NCBI GenBank assembly: GCA_003150515.1
Contig: QALW01000021.1
Span: forward strand, 163,644-227,643
Source: Selenomonadales bacterium
GTDB taxonomy: Bacteria; Bacillota; Clostridia; Christensenellales; QALW01
DNA: 64,000 nucleotides
Reading direction: 5' to 3'
Each line of letters starts with the position of its first letter. Position 1 is the first letter of the stretch. Positions 40,208 to 47,788 of the stretch are shown here, one piece after another. The notes beneath the pieces were generated by a model. That model saw only the letters and a program-made list of their open reading frames with translations, was not told where the DNA came from and ran no database searches. The position numbers and the translations under genes are program-made.

Positions 40208-40711
40208 ATGTTCAAAATTAACCGTAAAACCATTGTGATTGCTTCCATGGTGCTGCTGCTACTTGTTACCGGCTTTTTAAATTGGAGATATACCCAAGCC
40301 AAAGCTGACGAGGATTTAAATAACAATAATAATATAACCAATCCGGACGACGGAGTAACCACCTCCAGCACCTTTTCAGATTACCGGCTGGAACGCGAGC
40401 GCACCCGCACCCAGGAAATAACCTATATAGACAGCATTATCAGCAACACGAACACTGACCAGGAAACGCTGGCGGAAGCACAGCTTATGAAGCTTGAGCT
40501 AACCGACACTATGGAAAAGGAAATGCTGCTCGAAGGACTTTTAAAGGCTAAAGGCTTTGAGGACGTATTTGTAACACTGGGTGATGAATCTATTAACGTA
40601 GTAGTTAAAGATGCGGAACTGAATCAATCAGAAGTAGCGCAGATACTTGAATTAGTCCAGCGTGAAACCTCCGCTTCAGCCCAGAATGTTAAAATCATTC
40701 CCACTACATGA
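40208..40711 (+). CDS. spoIIIAH: Stage III sporulation protein AH
   Basis: 167 aa with an N-terminal TM helix, an acidic linker and a C-terminal YscJ/FliF-like region. Last gene of the operon. Confidence 0.85.
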   Translation: MFKINRKTIVIASMVLLLLVTGFLNWRYTQAKADEDLNNNNNITNPDDGVTTSSTFSDYRLERERTRTQEITYIDSIISNTNTDQETLAEAQLMKLELTDTMEKEMLLEGLLKAKGFEDVFVTLGDESINVVVKDAELNQSEVAQILELVQRETSASAQNVKIIPTT

Positions 40712-40724
40712 ATATATGTTATTT

Positions 40725-40756
40725 AGCAGGGTTAAAAATTAGCCCTGCTTTTTTAT
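40725..40756 (+). terminator. Rho-independent terminator of the spoIIIA operon
   Basis: agcaggg (40725-40731) pairs with ccctgct (40743-40749), followed by a T-run to 40756. Confidence 0.7.
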
Positions 40757-40785
40757 TTAAATAATTATGCCCCGGATATAGGCGG

Positions 40786-41061
40786 GGATGGCGAAATGGC
40801 GCCCAGACCGGCATAAATGCCGGCCTGGGCGCCGGGGGCGCGCCGTTGGGCAAGCCTTAAGGCTTGCCCTTGGCCGAGCATAGCTCGGCCCGAGCGGCCT
40901 ACGGCCGCTCAACGGCGCGCCCCCGGCGGCCCCCATTCAAGCGCCCTATAGGGCGCTTGAATGGGGGCCGCAAAAGAGCGTGCAAAGAAAGCAAGCTTTC
41001 TTTGCACGCTCTTTTGCGGGCAAGGCCTGCTTTGCAGGCCTTGCCCGCCATTTCGCCATCC
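40786..41061. repeat. GC-rich nested hairpin array (cluster H3a), 276 nt
   Basis: A closing stem (40786-40799 with 41048-41061) encloses these hairpins:
- 40800-40831
- a four-way junction at 40832-40927, with arms at 40848-40869, 40872-40890 and 40892-40910
- 40927-40970
- 40971-41016
- 41017-41047
The hairpins are tiled with essentially no unpaired spacer. Confidence 0.9.
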
Positions 41062-41079
41062 TAGCCCCTTGCTCTAAAT

Positions 41080-41190
41080 TTCAAAGCCGGCGCAGCATGC
41101 GGCGTTTGGCAGGCTAATAGCCTGCCCGGCCGAACTTTGTTCGGCCCGCGGCCGCAGGCCGCAAACGCCGCATGCTGCGCCGGCTTTGAA
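41080..41190. repeat. GC-rich four-way-junction palindrome (cluster H3b), same core as H2
   Basis: A 29-bp outer stem (41080-41108 with 41162-41190) closes three hairpins at 41109-41125, 41128-41146 and 41148-41162. It shares GCGGCGTTTGGCAGGCT, GCCTGCCCGGCCG and GGCCGCAAACGCCGC with 24625-24705. Confidence 0.9.
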
Positions 41191-41234
41191 TCAAACCTTC
41201 ATGCAGCAAACCCAAAAATCTGCTAAACTCACTT

Positions 41235-42659
41235 CTATTTAATTACGCTTATCGCATCCGTTATAGTCTTTTCATAGGCTTCCATGCCATACTTATCGAC
41301 TTCCGCCTTATTCTTCTCCCCATGCGTTAAGCAGCCCGCGCCTCCTATGCATCCTCCCACGCAAGCCATTCCCTCAATAAAATTGCCTACCGGCAGTTTT
41401 TTAGAAGCCTTAAGCAGCGCGACTCTGCATTCCTCTATGCCATCGCAGGCCACCGGCTTAAATTCAAAATCAGTAAGCCCCTGCTCTTTAAGCGCCTGGC
41501 GCACCGCGTCAGTAAGCCCCCCGCTGCGCGCAAAAATCCGGCCAAAATATGAAGCGTTATCCAAAACGTCCTCAGACAATGCTGTAATATCAATATCCCG
41601 GCTGTCAAAAAGCGCCTGAAGCTCTTCAAAAGTAATAACGCAATCTATATACGGTCTAACCGACTCCTTCTGGAACTCCATCTTTTTAGCCGTACAAGGC
41701 CCTATAAAAATCACCTTAGCCTCAGGAGTGGTATCCTTTATGTATTTAGCAATAGTAGCCATGGGCGACAGATTATGCGATATATTAGCTTCAAGCTCCG
41801 GAAACTGCTTTTTAATATAATCCACAAACGCCGGGCAGCAGGAACTGGTTAAAAAGCCCTTTTCCGCTAATTCCGCGGCCTCAGCATATGAAACCATATC
41901 CGCTCCCAGCGCCGCCTCCACTACATGGAAAAAGCCTAATTGCTTAATCCCGCTTATCACCTGCCCCAGTTTTGCATATGTAAACTGGCTTGATATGGAC
42001 GGCGCCACCACGGCATAAAGCTTATAATTCTTATTCTCTTCGCTCTCCTTTATAAGCTTTACTACGTCCAGAATAAAAGATTTATCCATAATGGCTCCAA
42101 ACGGGCACTGATATACGCACGCTCCGCAGGCTATGCATTTGCTGTTGTCTATGCAGGCCGCCTTGGATTCGTTCATAGATATCGCCTTAACCTTGCACGC
42201 GTTCTGACAGGGGCGCTTATCGTTCACTATTGCGCTGTACGGGCACACTTTAGCGCACTTTCCGCATTCAATGCATTTGGATTTATCAATTATAGCCTTT
42301 TGGTTATTGTCAAAGGATATGGCGCCGCGGGGGCAGGCTCCTTCGCAGCGATGAGCTATGCAGCCGCGGCAGGCGTTTGTAACTTCATAGCCGCCTACAG
42401 GGCATTCATCACAGGCAATTTCTATTACTTCAATTACATTTTCGTTGTTTTTATCCCCGCCCATCGCCAGCTTAACACGCTCTGAAAGAATAGCTCTTTC
42501 TTTATATACGCAGCAGCGCATAGTAGGCTTATTGCCCGGAACAATTATTTTAGGAATATCCAGCAGATTTTCCTGCAAGGTTCCGTTAAAGGCCTGCCGC
42601 GCAACCTCTTTAAGCACATTGTATTTTAAATCCTGAACTTTGGTGTCAAACTTTCTCAT
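41235..42659 (-). CDS. hfsD: [FeFe]-hydrogenase-like protein with N-terminal ferredoxin-type clusters (HfsD-like)
   Basis: H-cluster motifs TSSCCPAF, GPCTAKKMEF and EGMACVGGCIGG, plus several CxxCxxCxxxCP motifs. The likely start MRKFDTK at 42659 follows AAAGGA. The track's TTG at 42674 abuts the upstream stop. Confidence 0.85.
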   Translation of the reverse strand: MRKFDTKVQDLKYNVLKEVARQAFNGTLQENLLDIPKIIVPGNKPTMRCCVYKERAILSERVKLAMGGDKNNENVIEVIEIACDECPVGGYEVTNACRGCIAHRCEGACPRGAISFDNNQKAIIDKSKCIECGKCAKVCPYSAIVNDKRPCQNACKVKAISMNESKAACIDNSKCIACGACVYQCPFGAIMDKSFILDVVKLIKESEENKNYKLYAVVAPSISSQFTYAKLGQVISGIKQLGFFHVVEAALGADMVSYAEAAELAEKGFLTSSCCPAFVDYIKKQFPELEANISHNLSPMATIAKYIKDTTPEAKVIFIGPCTAKKMEFQKESVRPYIDCVITFEELQALFDSRDIDITALSEDVLDNASYFGRIFARSGGLTDAVRQALKEQGLTDFEFKPVACDGIEECRVALLKASKKLPVGNFIEGMACVGGCIGGAGCLTHGEKNKAEVDKYGMEAYEKTITDAISVIK

Positions 42660-42674
42660 AATTATCCTTTCCAA

Positions 42675-43844
42675 TTAAAAATAGCTTACCTTTATTCGCT
42701 TGCCCATTTTTTTAAGGCAATCGGCTAATTCGTCAACCAATCTCATCTTAATATTGAAATTTATAGGCAAATCCGGATTCTGATGAGCTGGATTGACCGC
42801 CCGCCCTACGTAAAAATTTATATCCGTAGCGTCCTCAAAGAGCATGCGCGCGATACAGGAAGCTCCGTCCTTTTTATAGCTCCATTGAGTGTAGGATTGA
42901 TTTTCGCGCAAATAATCCTGCGCATAGCTCAATACTTTATTTATGGTGATTACCCCTTCGGTTACAAGATCTACTCCCTCAATTTCTGCCGTAGGAGGTA
43001 TATCCGGATCGAAAAAATCTAATTTAGGCTTTAATTCCTTATGCAGATACGCCGCGGCAATGGTGGAGGTGGTGCCTCCGCATACGATATGCTTGCCCTC
43101 TTTAGAGAAAAATAAAGACATCATCTTATCGTTATCCTCCCTATTGGAAGGCGGCCCTATAACAAGATTGACAGGCTCCCGCCTACGTATGCGTATTGTG
43201 CAGACAGTAGTGTCGTCCCCCGGCTCATAGCCGTATAGCTTGTCGCATTCGTCCAGAAGAATGGTAGTAAGAGTTTTGGCAGTAAAGCCAACGTCATAGA
43301 AAGTCTCCATGAATTCTATAATATTCTTTCTTTCCCAGCCAAAATTCAGCGTCATGCCCACCCCGGCATGTATGCATCCATCGCTCATAGCTATAAATAT
43401 ATCGTTTTCTTTCAGCGCAATCTTAGATTGATAGATGGTCTTTCCGTCTATGCTCAGAATGGAGGAAGGAATTTCATAATTAGCTCCGTCCCGCAAAAGG
43501 ATGACATGGGGATTGTCATACTGAATAATCTCCGCCTCCTCATTATTCACTATGCGAATAATGGTAAACGTAGAATAAGCCACGCCCCGTTCAGAGCATA
43601 CCGGAAGAGTCGCGGCTATGGTATGCACGCATTCCTGTATATCCATGCCGTCCGCCATCATAGTAGAAATAATCTTAGAGGTCAGAGTAGACAATATGCT
43701 TGCTTTAACGCCGCTGCCCATGCCGTCCGCCAGTACGATAATTTCCGAATTATCCTGCCGCACAACATCGACATGGTCGCCGCATAGCTGCTCTCCCATT
43801 TTATTCAGGCTCCTCCAGCCTATATCAGCGCAAAGATCATTCAT
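42675..43844 (-). CDS. hfsC: PP2C/SpoIIE-family serine phosphatase (HfsC-like)
   Basis: 389 aa. The N-terminal half has SpoIIE/PP2C-like metal-binding segments (GEQLCGDH, VLADGMGSG). Overlaps the upstream gene by 8 nt. Confidence 0.8.
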   Translation of the reverse strand: MNDLCADIGWRSLNKMGEQLCGDHVDVVRQDNSEIIVLADGMGSGVKASILSTLTSKIISTMMADGMDIQECVHTIAATLPVCSERGVAYSTFTIIRIVNNEEAEIIQYDNPHVILLRDGANYEIPSSILSIDGKTIYQSKIALKENDIFIAMSDGCIHAGVGMTLNFGWERKNIIEFMETFYDVGFTAKTLTTILLDECDKLYGYEPGDDTTVCTIRIRRREPVNLVIGPPSNREDNDKMMSLFFSKEGKHIVCGGTTSTIAAAYLHKELKPKLDFFDPDIPPTAEIEGVDLVTEGVITINKVLSYAQDYLRENQSYTQWSYKKDGASCIARMLFEDATDINFYVGRAVNPAHQNPDLPINFNIKMRLVDELADCLKKMGKRIKVSYF

Positions 43845-45510
43845 CTGAAATGCTCTCCTTAAGCTTGGCCAGAGCTATTTTAGTTTCGGCCGCGGTTTCT
43901 CCCAACAGGGACGCAATTTCCTGCACTACGCGCATCTGCTTATCCACGACTTTATCGGCCGTCTCAATAGTGGCGCGGCTAATAGCTTCCTTTTTCTCCT
44001 TTTCATTCTCTATATCGGTTATATCCCTCATGATGCAGATAATAATCTTATATTCCTTATCATACAGGATTGTCTCTTCTACATATTTTCTATATTCGGC
44101 TAAATATACTCTGCGGTCCCGTATGCTCGTCCCGCTCTGCTTTACTTCCAGAAAATCCTTCGGATCCAAAATACGCACAACCTGCTCGCCCAGCACGTCG
44201 CCGGCGCTCCTGATATTCATTATATCCCGCGCCGCCGCGTTAATTTGCTGCACTTCAAAATCCTCGTTCAGCACAATAATGCCGTTGGGCGTATTGCTTA
44301 TAATATTATCAGAAAAGCTTTCCGCCTTATCCTTCAAATAAGGCAGGCACATATTTAAATCCGCCTTTCCCTGATAAACTGCAATCGCTTTTTCCCGGCA
44401 GGTATTATATCCGCAGCTTCCGCAGTTTAATTCGTCCTCAGGCTTAAGCTTGCCTATTTTTTTGAGAATCGCTTCTATTTCGGACTGCGTGGGCATAGCT
44501 CTGGACGTCCCAATAAAATCATGTTCGCGATATATTTCCTCCGGAGAAACAGGCGCCACGTCGAAATCCTCGCTTTTAGCATATGAGGCCACCTGATTAT
44601 AATTGCTCACCGGACTGCAATGATATTTTTCCATAACCGGACCGCCTACGCAGCTTCCCCGGCAGGCGGACATCTCTATAAAGCAATTTCTTAAATTGCC
44701 TTTTTCAATTTCCCTGAGCGCCGCTATACAGTCCTCCGTGCCGTCCAGCGCCAAATAGCTGTAATCCTTTCGGGGCAAAAACATAGATTTCAGAATGCCG
44801 CCCGTTGTAGGAAACAACCGCGCTCTTCCCTTGGAATTATCCTCCCTTGTGCGCTCCAGGCTAACTCCGCGCTTGCGCATAAGACTGGAAAGCTCCTCAA
44901 AGGTCAGCACGCAGTCCACGGGCCCGGGGTATCTATCCGCCTCGTCCTTTTTAGAAACGCACGGACCGATAAAAATGGTCTTCGCGTCAGGATAGCGCTT
45001 TTTTATATCCATACAATGAGCCTGCATGGGCGAAACCACTTTGGCAAGATATCTAAGAGCGGAAGGAAAATATTTTTCTATGAGCAGGTTAATAGAATGA
45101 CAGCAGGAAGATATAATTACATCCTGTTCTCCCTCTTGTAAAAGCCTGTCGTATTCTTTCTTAACTATAGTCGCGCCGATAGCCGTTTCCTCGGCGGCAT
45201 AAAAGCCAAGCTGCTTAAGCGCCTTTTCCATAGCCTCTATGCCCGCTCCGTCATAATTAGCCGTAAAGGAAGGCGCCAGGCTGGCTATTACCTTGCCACT
45301 GTTAAGCAGCACTTCCGCCTTTTCAGTATTGTCCGCAATCTCTTTGGCGCCCTGCGGACATACTACAAAGCATTGTCCGCATAAAATGCATTCTTCCGGC
45401 ACAATATGCGCCTGATTAGCCGAAATCCTTATGGATTTTACCGGACAATGACGTATGCATTTATAACAGTTTTTGCAATTAGATTTTTTCAGCCTTAAAA
45501 ATTCAGCCAT
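43837..45510 (-). CDS. hydS: Sensory [FeFe]-hydrogenase (group C, HydS/HfsB-like) with C-terminal PAS domain
   Basis: 557 aa with the following parts in order:
- two N-terminal 4Fe-4S motifs
- H-domain motifs SSCCHS, GPCVSKKDE and EMSACRGSCVGG
- an extra Cx2Cx4Cx16C motif (CGSCGYNTC...C)
- a PAS-like segment (NGIIVLNEDFEVQQINAAARDIM)
- a coiled-coil tail. Confidence 0.85.
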   Translation of the reverse strand: MAEFLRLKKSNCKNCYKCIRHCPVKSIRISANQAHIVPEECILCGQCFVVCPQGAKEIADNTEKAEVLLNSGKVIASLAPSFTANYDGAGIEAMEKALKQLGFYAAEETAIGATIVKKEYDRLLQEGEQDVIISSCCHSINLLIEKYFPSALRYLAKVVSPMQAHCMDIKKRYPDAKTIFIGPCVSKKDEADRYPGPVDCVLTFEELSSLMRKRGVSLERTREDNSKGRARLFPTTGGILKSMFLPRKDYSYLALDGTEDCIAALREIEKGNLRNCFIEMSACRGSCVGGPVMEKYHCSPVSNYNQVASYAKSEDFDVAPVSPEEIYREHDFIGTSRAMPTQSEIEAILKKIGKLKPEDELNCGSCGYNTCREKAIAVYQGKADLNMCLPYLKDKAESFSDNIISNTPNGIIVLNEDFEVQQINAAARDIMNIRSAGDVLGEQVVRILDPKDFLEVKQSGTSIRDRRVYLAEYRKYVEETILYDKEYKIIICIMRDITDIENEKEKKEAISRATIETADKVVDKQMRVVQEIASLLGETAAETKIALAKLKESISDE

Positions 45511-45556
45511 TTTAGTCCTCCCTGCCCTTTTTTAAGAGTGCTGGTTAATTGATAGC

Positions 45557-45796
45557 TTATATCCTGCTCAGTATTTCACGGTTAAAGAACTGCTCTGTGC
45601 TCTCGGGCGAAAGAGAATATAATTCCCCGTCCAGCGTCACGCACACGCCTTTCTGGCAGTTGCCCATGCAAAAGGTGCCGCTTAATTCCACCCTGTCTCC
45701 AAGAGCGTTCTTCTCAATAAGCTGCTGCAAGCCCTGCACCACCTGTCTGGAACCCTTAAGATGGCACGAGCTGCCAATACATACCGTAATTTTCAT
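45557..45796 (-). CDS. hfsA: Thioredoxin-like [2Fe-2S] ferredoxin-domain protein (HfsA-like)
   Basis: 79 aa: MKITVCIGSSCHLKGS...GTFCMGNCQKGVCV. The four Cys are in the NuoE/HndA-like pattern. Confidence 0.8.
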   Translation of the reverse strand: MKITVCIGSSCHLKGSRQVVQGLQQLIEKNALGDRVELSGTFCMGNCQKGVCVTLDGELYSLSPESTEQFFNREILSRI

Positions 45797-45921
45797 GCTT
45801 GCGTCTCCTTTCCTGATGCTCTTTTCCTAGCCCGTCCGCCGTTATCAGCAGCGGATAATATATTTTTATTCTAAACGCATCCCGAATCCATTTTTCAAAT
45901 CTCCGGCGCGTTTTTTACAAT

Positions 45922-47685
45922 TCAGCCTACAGCTTCGCTGACGGCGTAAGTCACGGGGAAATCGCCTCTGGAGGTTGAATAGGTGGTGCGAACCAACAGC
46001 TCTCCCTCTCTGCCCGCGTCCAGAATGCCGTTTACGCAGTCAAACAGCTTGGACAGGCTGCCCGAAGCTATATCGTAGCAATATATTTCATGCATAAATA
46101 CGTCTTCCTCCGTATCGGATACGACATACACTTTATCGTTATTAACCGAGAAGAAATAATCGCTTATTATCCGCTCCCCTATAAGCTCCTTGCTCTCGCC
46201 CGTCTGGTTATCATATAAACTAAGCTTTGTATAGCCGTCCGACATATCCGCTTCATTGCTCTGCAAAAGAATATATCTGCCGTCCGAGCTCATAGAAAAC
46301 ATGCCCACCTCGGCTATTTCGTTCTGTTCGCCGCTCTCAAGCTCCAGGCTTACAAGAGTTTCCGCCTCATCCACGACATCAATATAATATAATTTTCCGT
46401 CAAAGGCATAAAGGGAGGTATCTATTCCCGCTCCCTCTGAAACAGGGGAAGTCTCTCCCGAGGCAATATCGTATTTCTTAAGATTGAGCATTATATCCAC
46501 AGCGGACATCATATATATGCTCTGGCTGTCGGAAGCCCAGGCAATGCCGGAAATATATGTTCCCACCTCTTCCTCGGGAAGATTGGTCCGGGTGTGAGTA
46601 TTAAAATCATAGATAGAGCAATACTGAATTTCATCAACCTGCTCTATTATAAGCAGCTTGGAGCCGTCGGGCGAATAAGCTCCGAACACAATCTGGGCGT
46701 ATTCGTCGTTAAGCAATTGGGTTTTAACCCCCTGGCTATCCACCGTAAAGAGATATTCCAGGGCCATCTCGTCGTAAGACGTGCCCTCGCTTCTCTTAGA
46801 AAATACCGCCGTGCTCTTATCGGGCGACCAGCATATAAATACTCCGTCGGGGAAGAGCGCCTGAGCGGTTTCCTCCTGCCCGTCCCGACGTATTACCTTT
46901 TTTAAATTAATGGCGTCCAAATCCTCCTGGGCATAATATTCAGGAAGCTTGCCCGCTTCAAGCTGAATGACTCTTAATTCCTTGCCGGCCAGCGCCTCGG
47001 AAAAATCAGTTTTGATTTTATTCATAAGAGCCTCGGCTTCGCTTTGCTCCCCAAAGGCGCGGCTAATCATTACAACGTTGGTAAGATCCGTCGCAAGCGT
47101 GGGCGTGAGCTCCGCTTCCTCGGGCAGGCTGCCCTCTGAATATTCGTAATAGAGATTGCCCACGACATAATAAGCCTGAGAAGCCTGGAAATCCTTTTTA
47201 GCCAAATCTACAACAAGCCGGCCGTCCTCTTCAGAAACCGTCATATTGGTCATAGAGGATAAATTAAAATATAAATCAGTCGCGCCCGAACGGCTTTCAG
47301 AAGGCAGCACCTTTACAACTCCTCCTTGGATAAGGCCGGTTTCGTCGCTGATAATGCTGTTGTTGACATAATCCCAATGGGCAAGCGCCGCAATGCTTAA
47401 TTTAAGTCTGTACGGAGTATCCGTTAAGGAAAGCGTATAGGGCGGCAGGCCCTTCATGGCCTGTTCCTGCGCCGTGACTCCCTCGCTTCCGCATACAAAG
47501 GAAAACACCAGCCTTACTCCCTGTTCGGTTTTTTCCACAAGAATATCCTTTAAATTTGCGCTTTCCTGCTCGGAGCCTCCAGAGACAACGTTCAAAGCGT
47601 CCGAAGGATTGTTTGTCTCTTTTCCGCACGAGCTGAGACATAAGAGCATAATGCCCGCAAGCATAAAAGCTATTAATTTTTTCAT
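45922..47685 (-). CDS. Lipoprotein with C-terminal beta-propeller (PD40/TolB-like) repeats, function unknown
   Basis: 587 aa. Lipobox LCLSSCGKE. The C-terminal half has repeated YSPDGSKLL / SSDGRYILL type blades. RBS AAAGGAA. Confidence 0.55.
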   Translation of the reverse strand: MKKLIAFMLAGIMLLCLSSCGKETNNPSDALNVVSGGSEQESANLKDILVEKTEQGVRLVFSFVCGSEGVTAQEQAMKGLPPYTLSLTDTPYRLKLSIAALAHWDYVNNSIISDETGLIQGGVVKVLPSESRSGATDLYFNLSSMTNMTVSEEDGRLVVDLAKKDFQASQAYYVVGNLYYEYSEGSLPEEAELTPTLATDLTNVVMISRAFGEQSEAEALMNKIKTDFSEALAGKELRVIQLEAGKLPEYYAQEDLDAINLKKVIRRDGQEETAQALFPDGVFICWSPDKSTAVFSKRSEGTSYDEMALEYLFTVDSQGVKTQLLNDEYAQIVFGAYSPDGSKLLIIEQVDEIQYCSIYDFNTHTRTNLPEEEVGTYISGIAWASDSQSIYMMSAVDIMLNLKKYDIASGETSPVSEGAGIDTSLYAFDGKLYYIDVVDEAETLVSLELESGEQNEIAEVGMFSMSSDGRYILLQSNEADMSDGYTKLSLYDNQTGESKELIGERIISDYFFSVNNDKVYVVSDTEEDVFMHEIYCYDIASGSLSKLFDCVNGILDAGREGELLVRTTYSTSRGDFPVTYAVSEAVG

Positions 47686-47788
47686 ACTGCTATTCCTTTC
47701 ATGATTATTTCCGTCTTGCAGACGGGATAAAGTTATATTCCCCGTAAAAATACACGTCCCCGTCCCTAAAAGGGCATTATAAATAATT

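Noticed and set aside
40864-41064. Track ORF 40864-41064 (+), 66 aa, Ala/Arg/Pro-rich
   Set aside because: It lies entirely inside the nested hairpin array. Its composition reflects the GC-rich palindromes, and it has no start context.
40786-41190. Hairpin clusters as a CRISPR array
   Set aside because: There is no repeated unit of constant sequence separated by unique spacers. Each hairpin is a different palindrome and the hairpins abut one another. No cas genes are present in the window.
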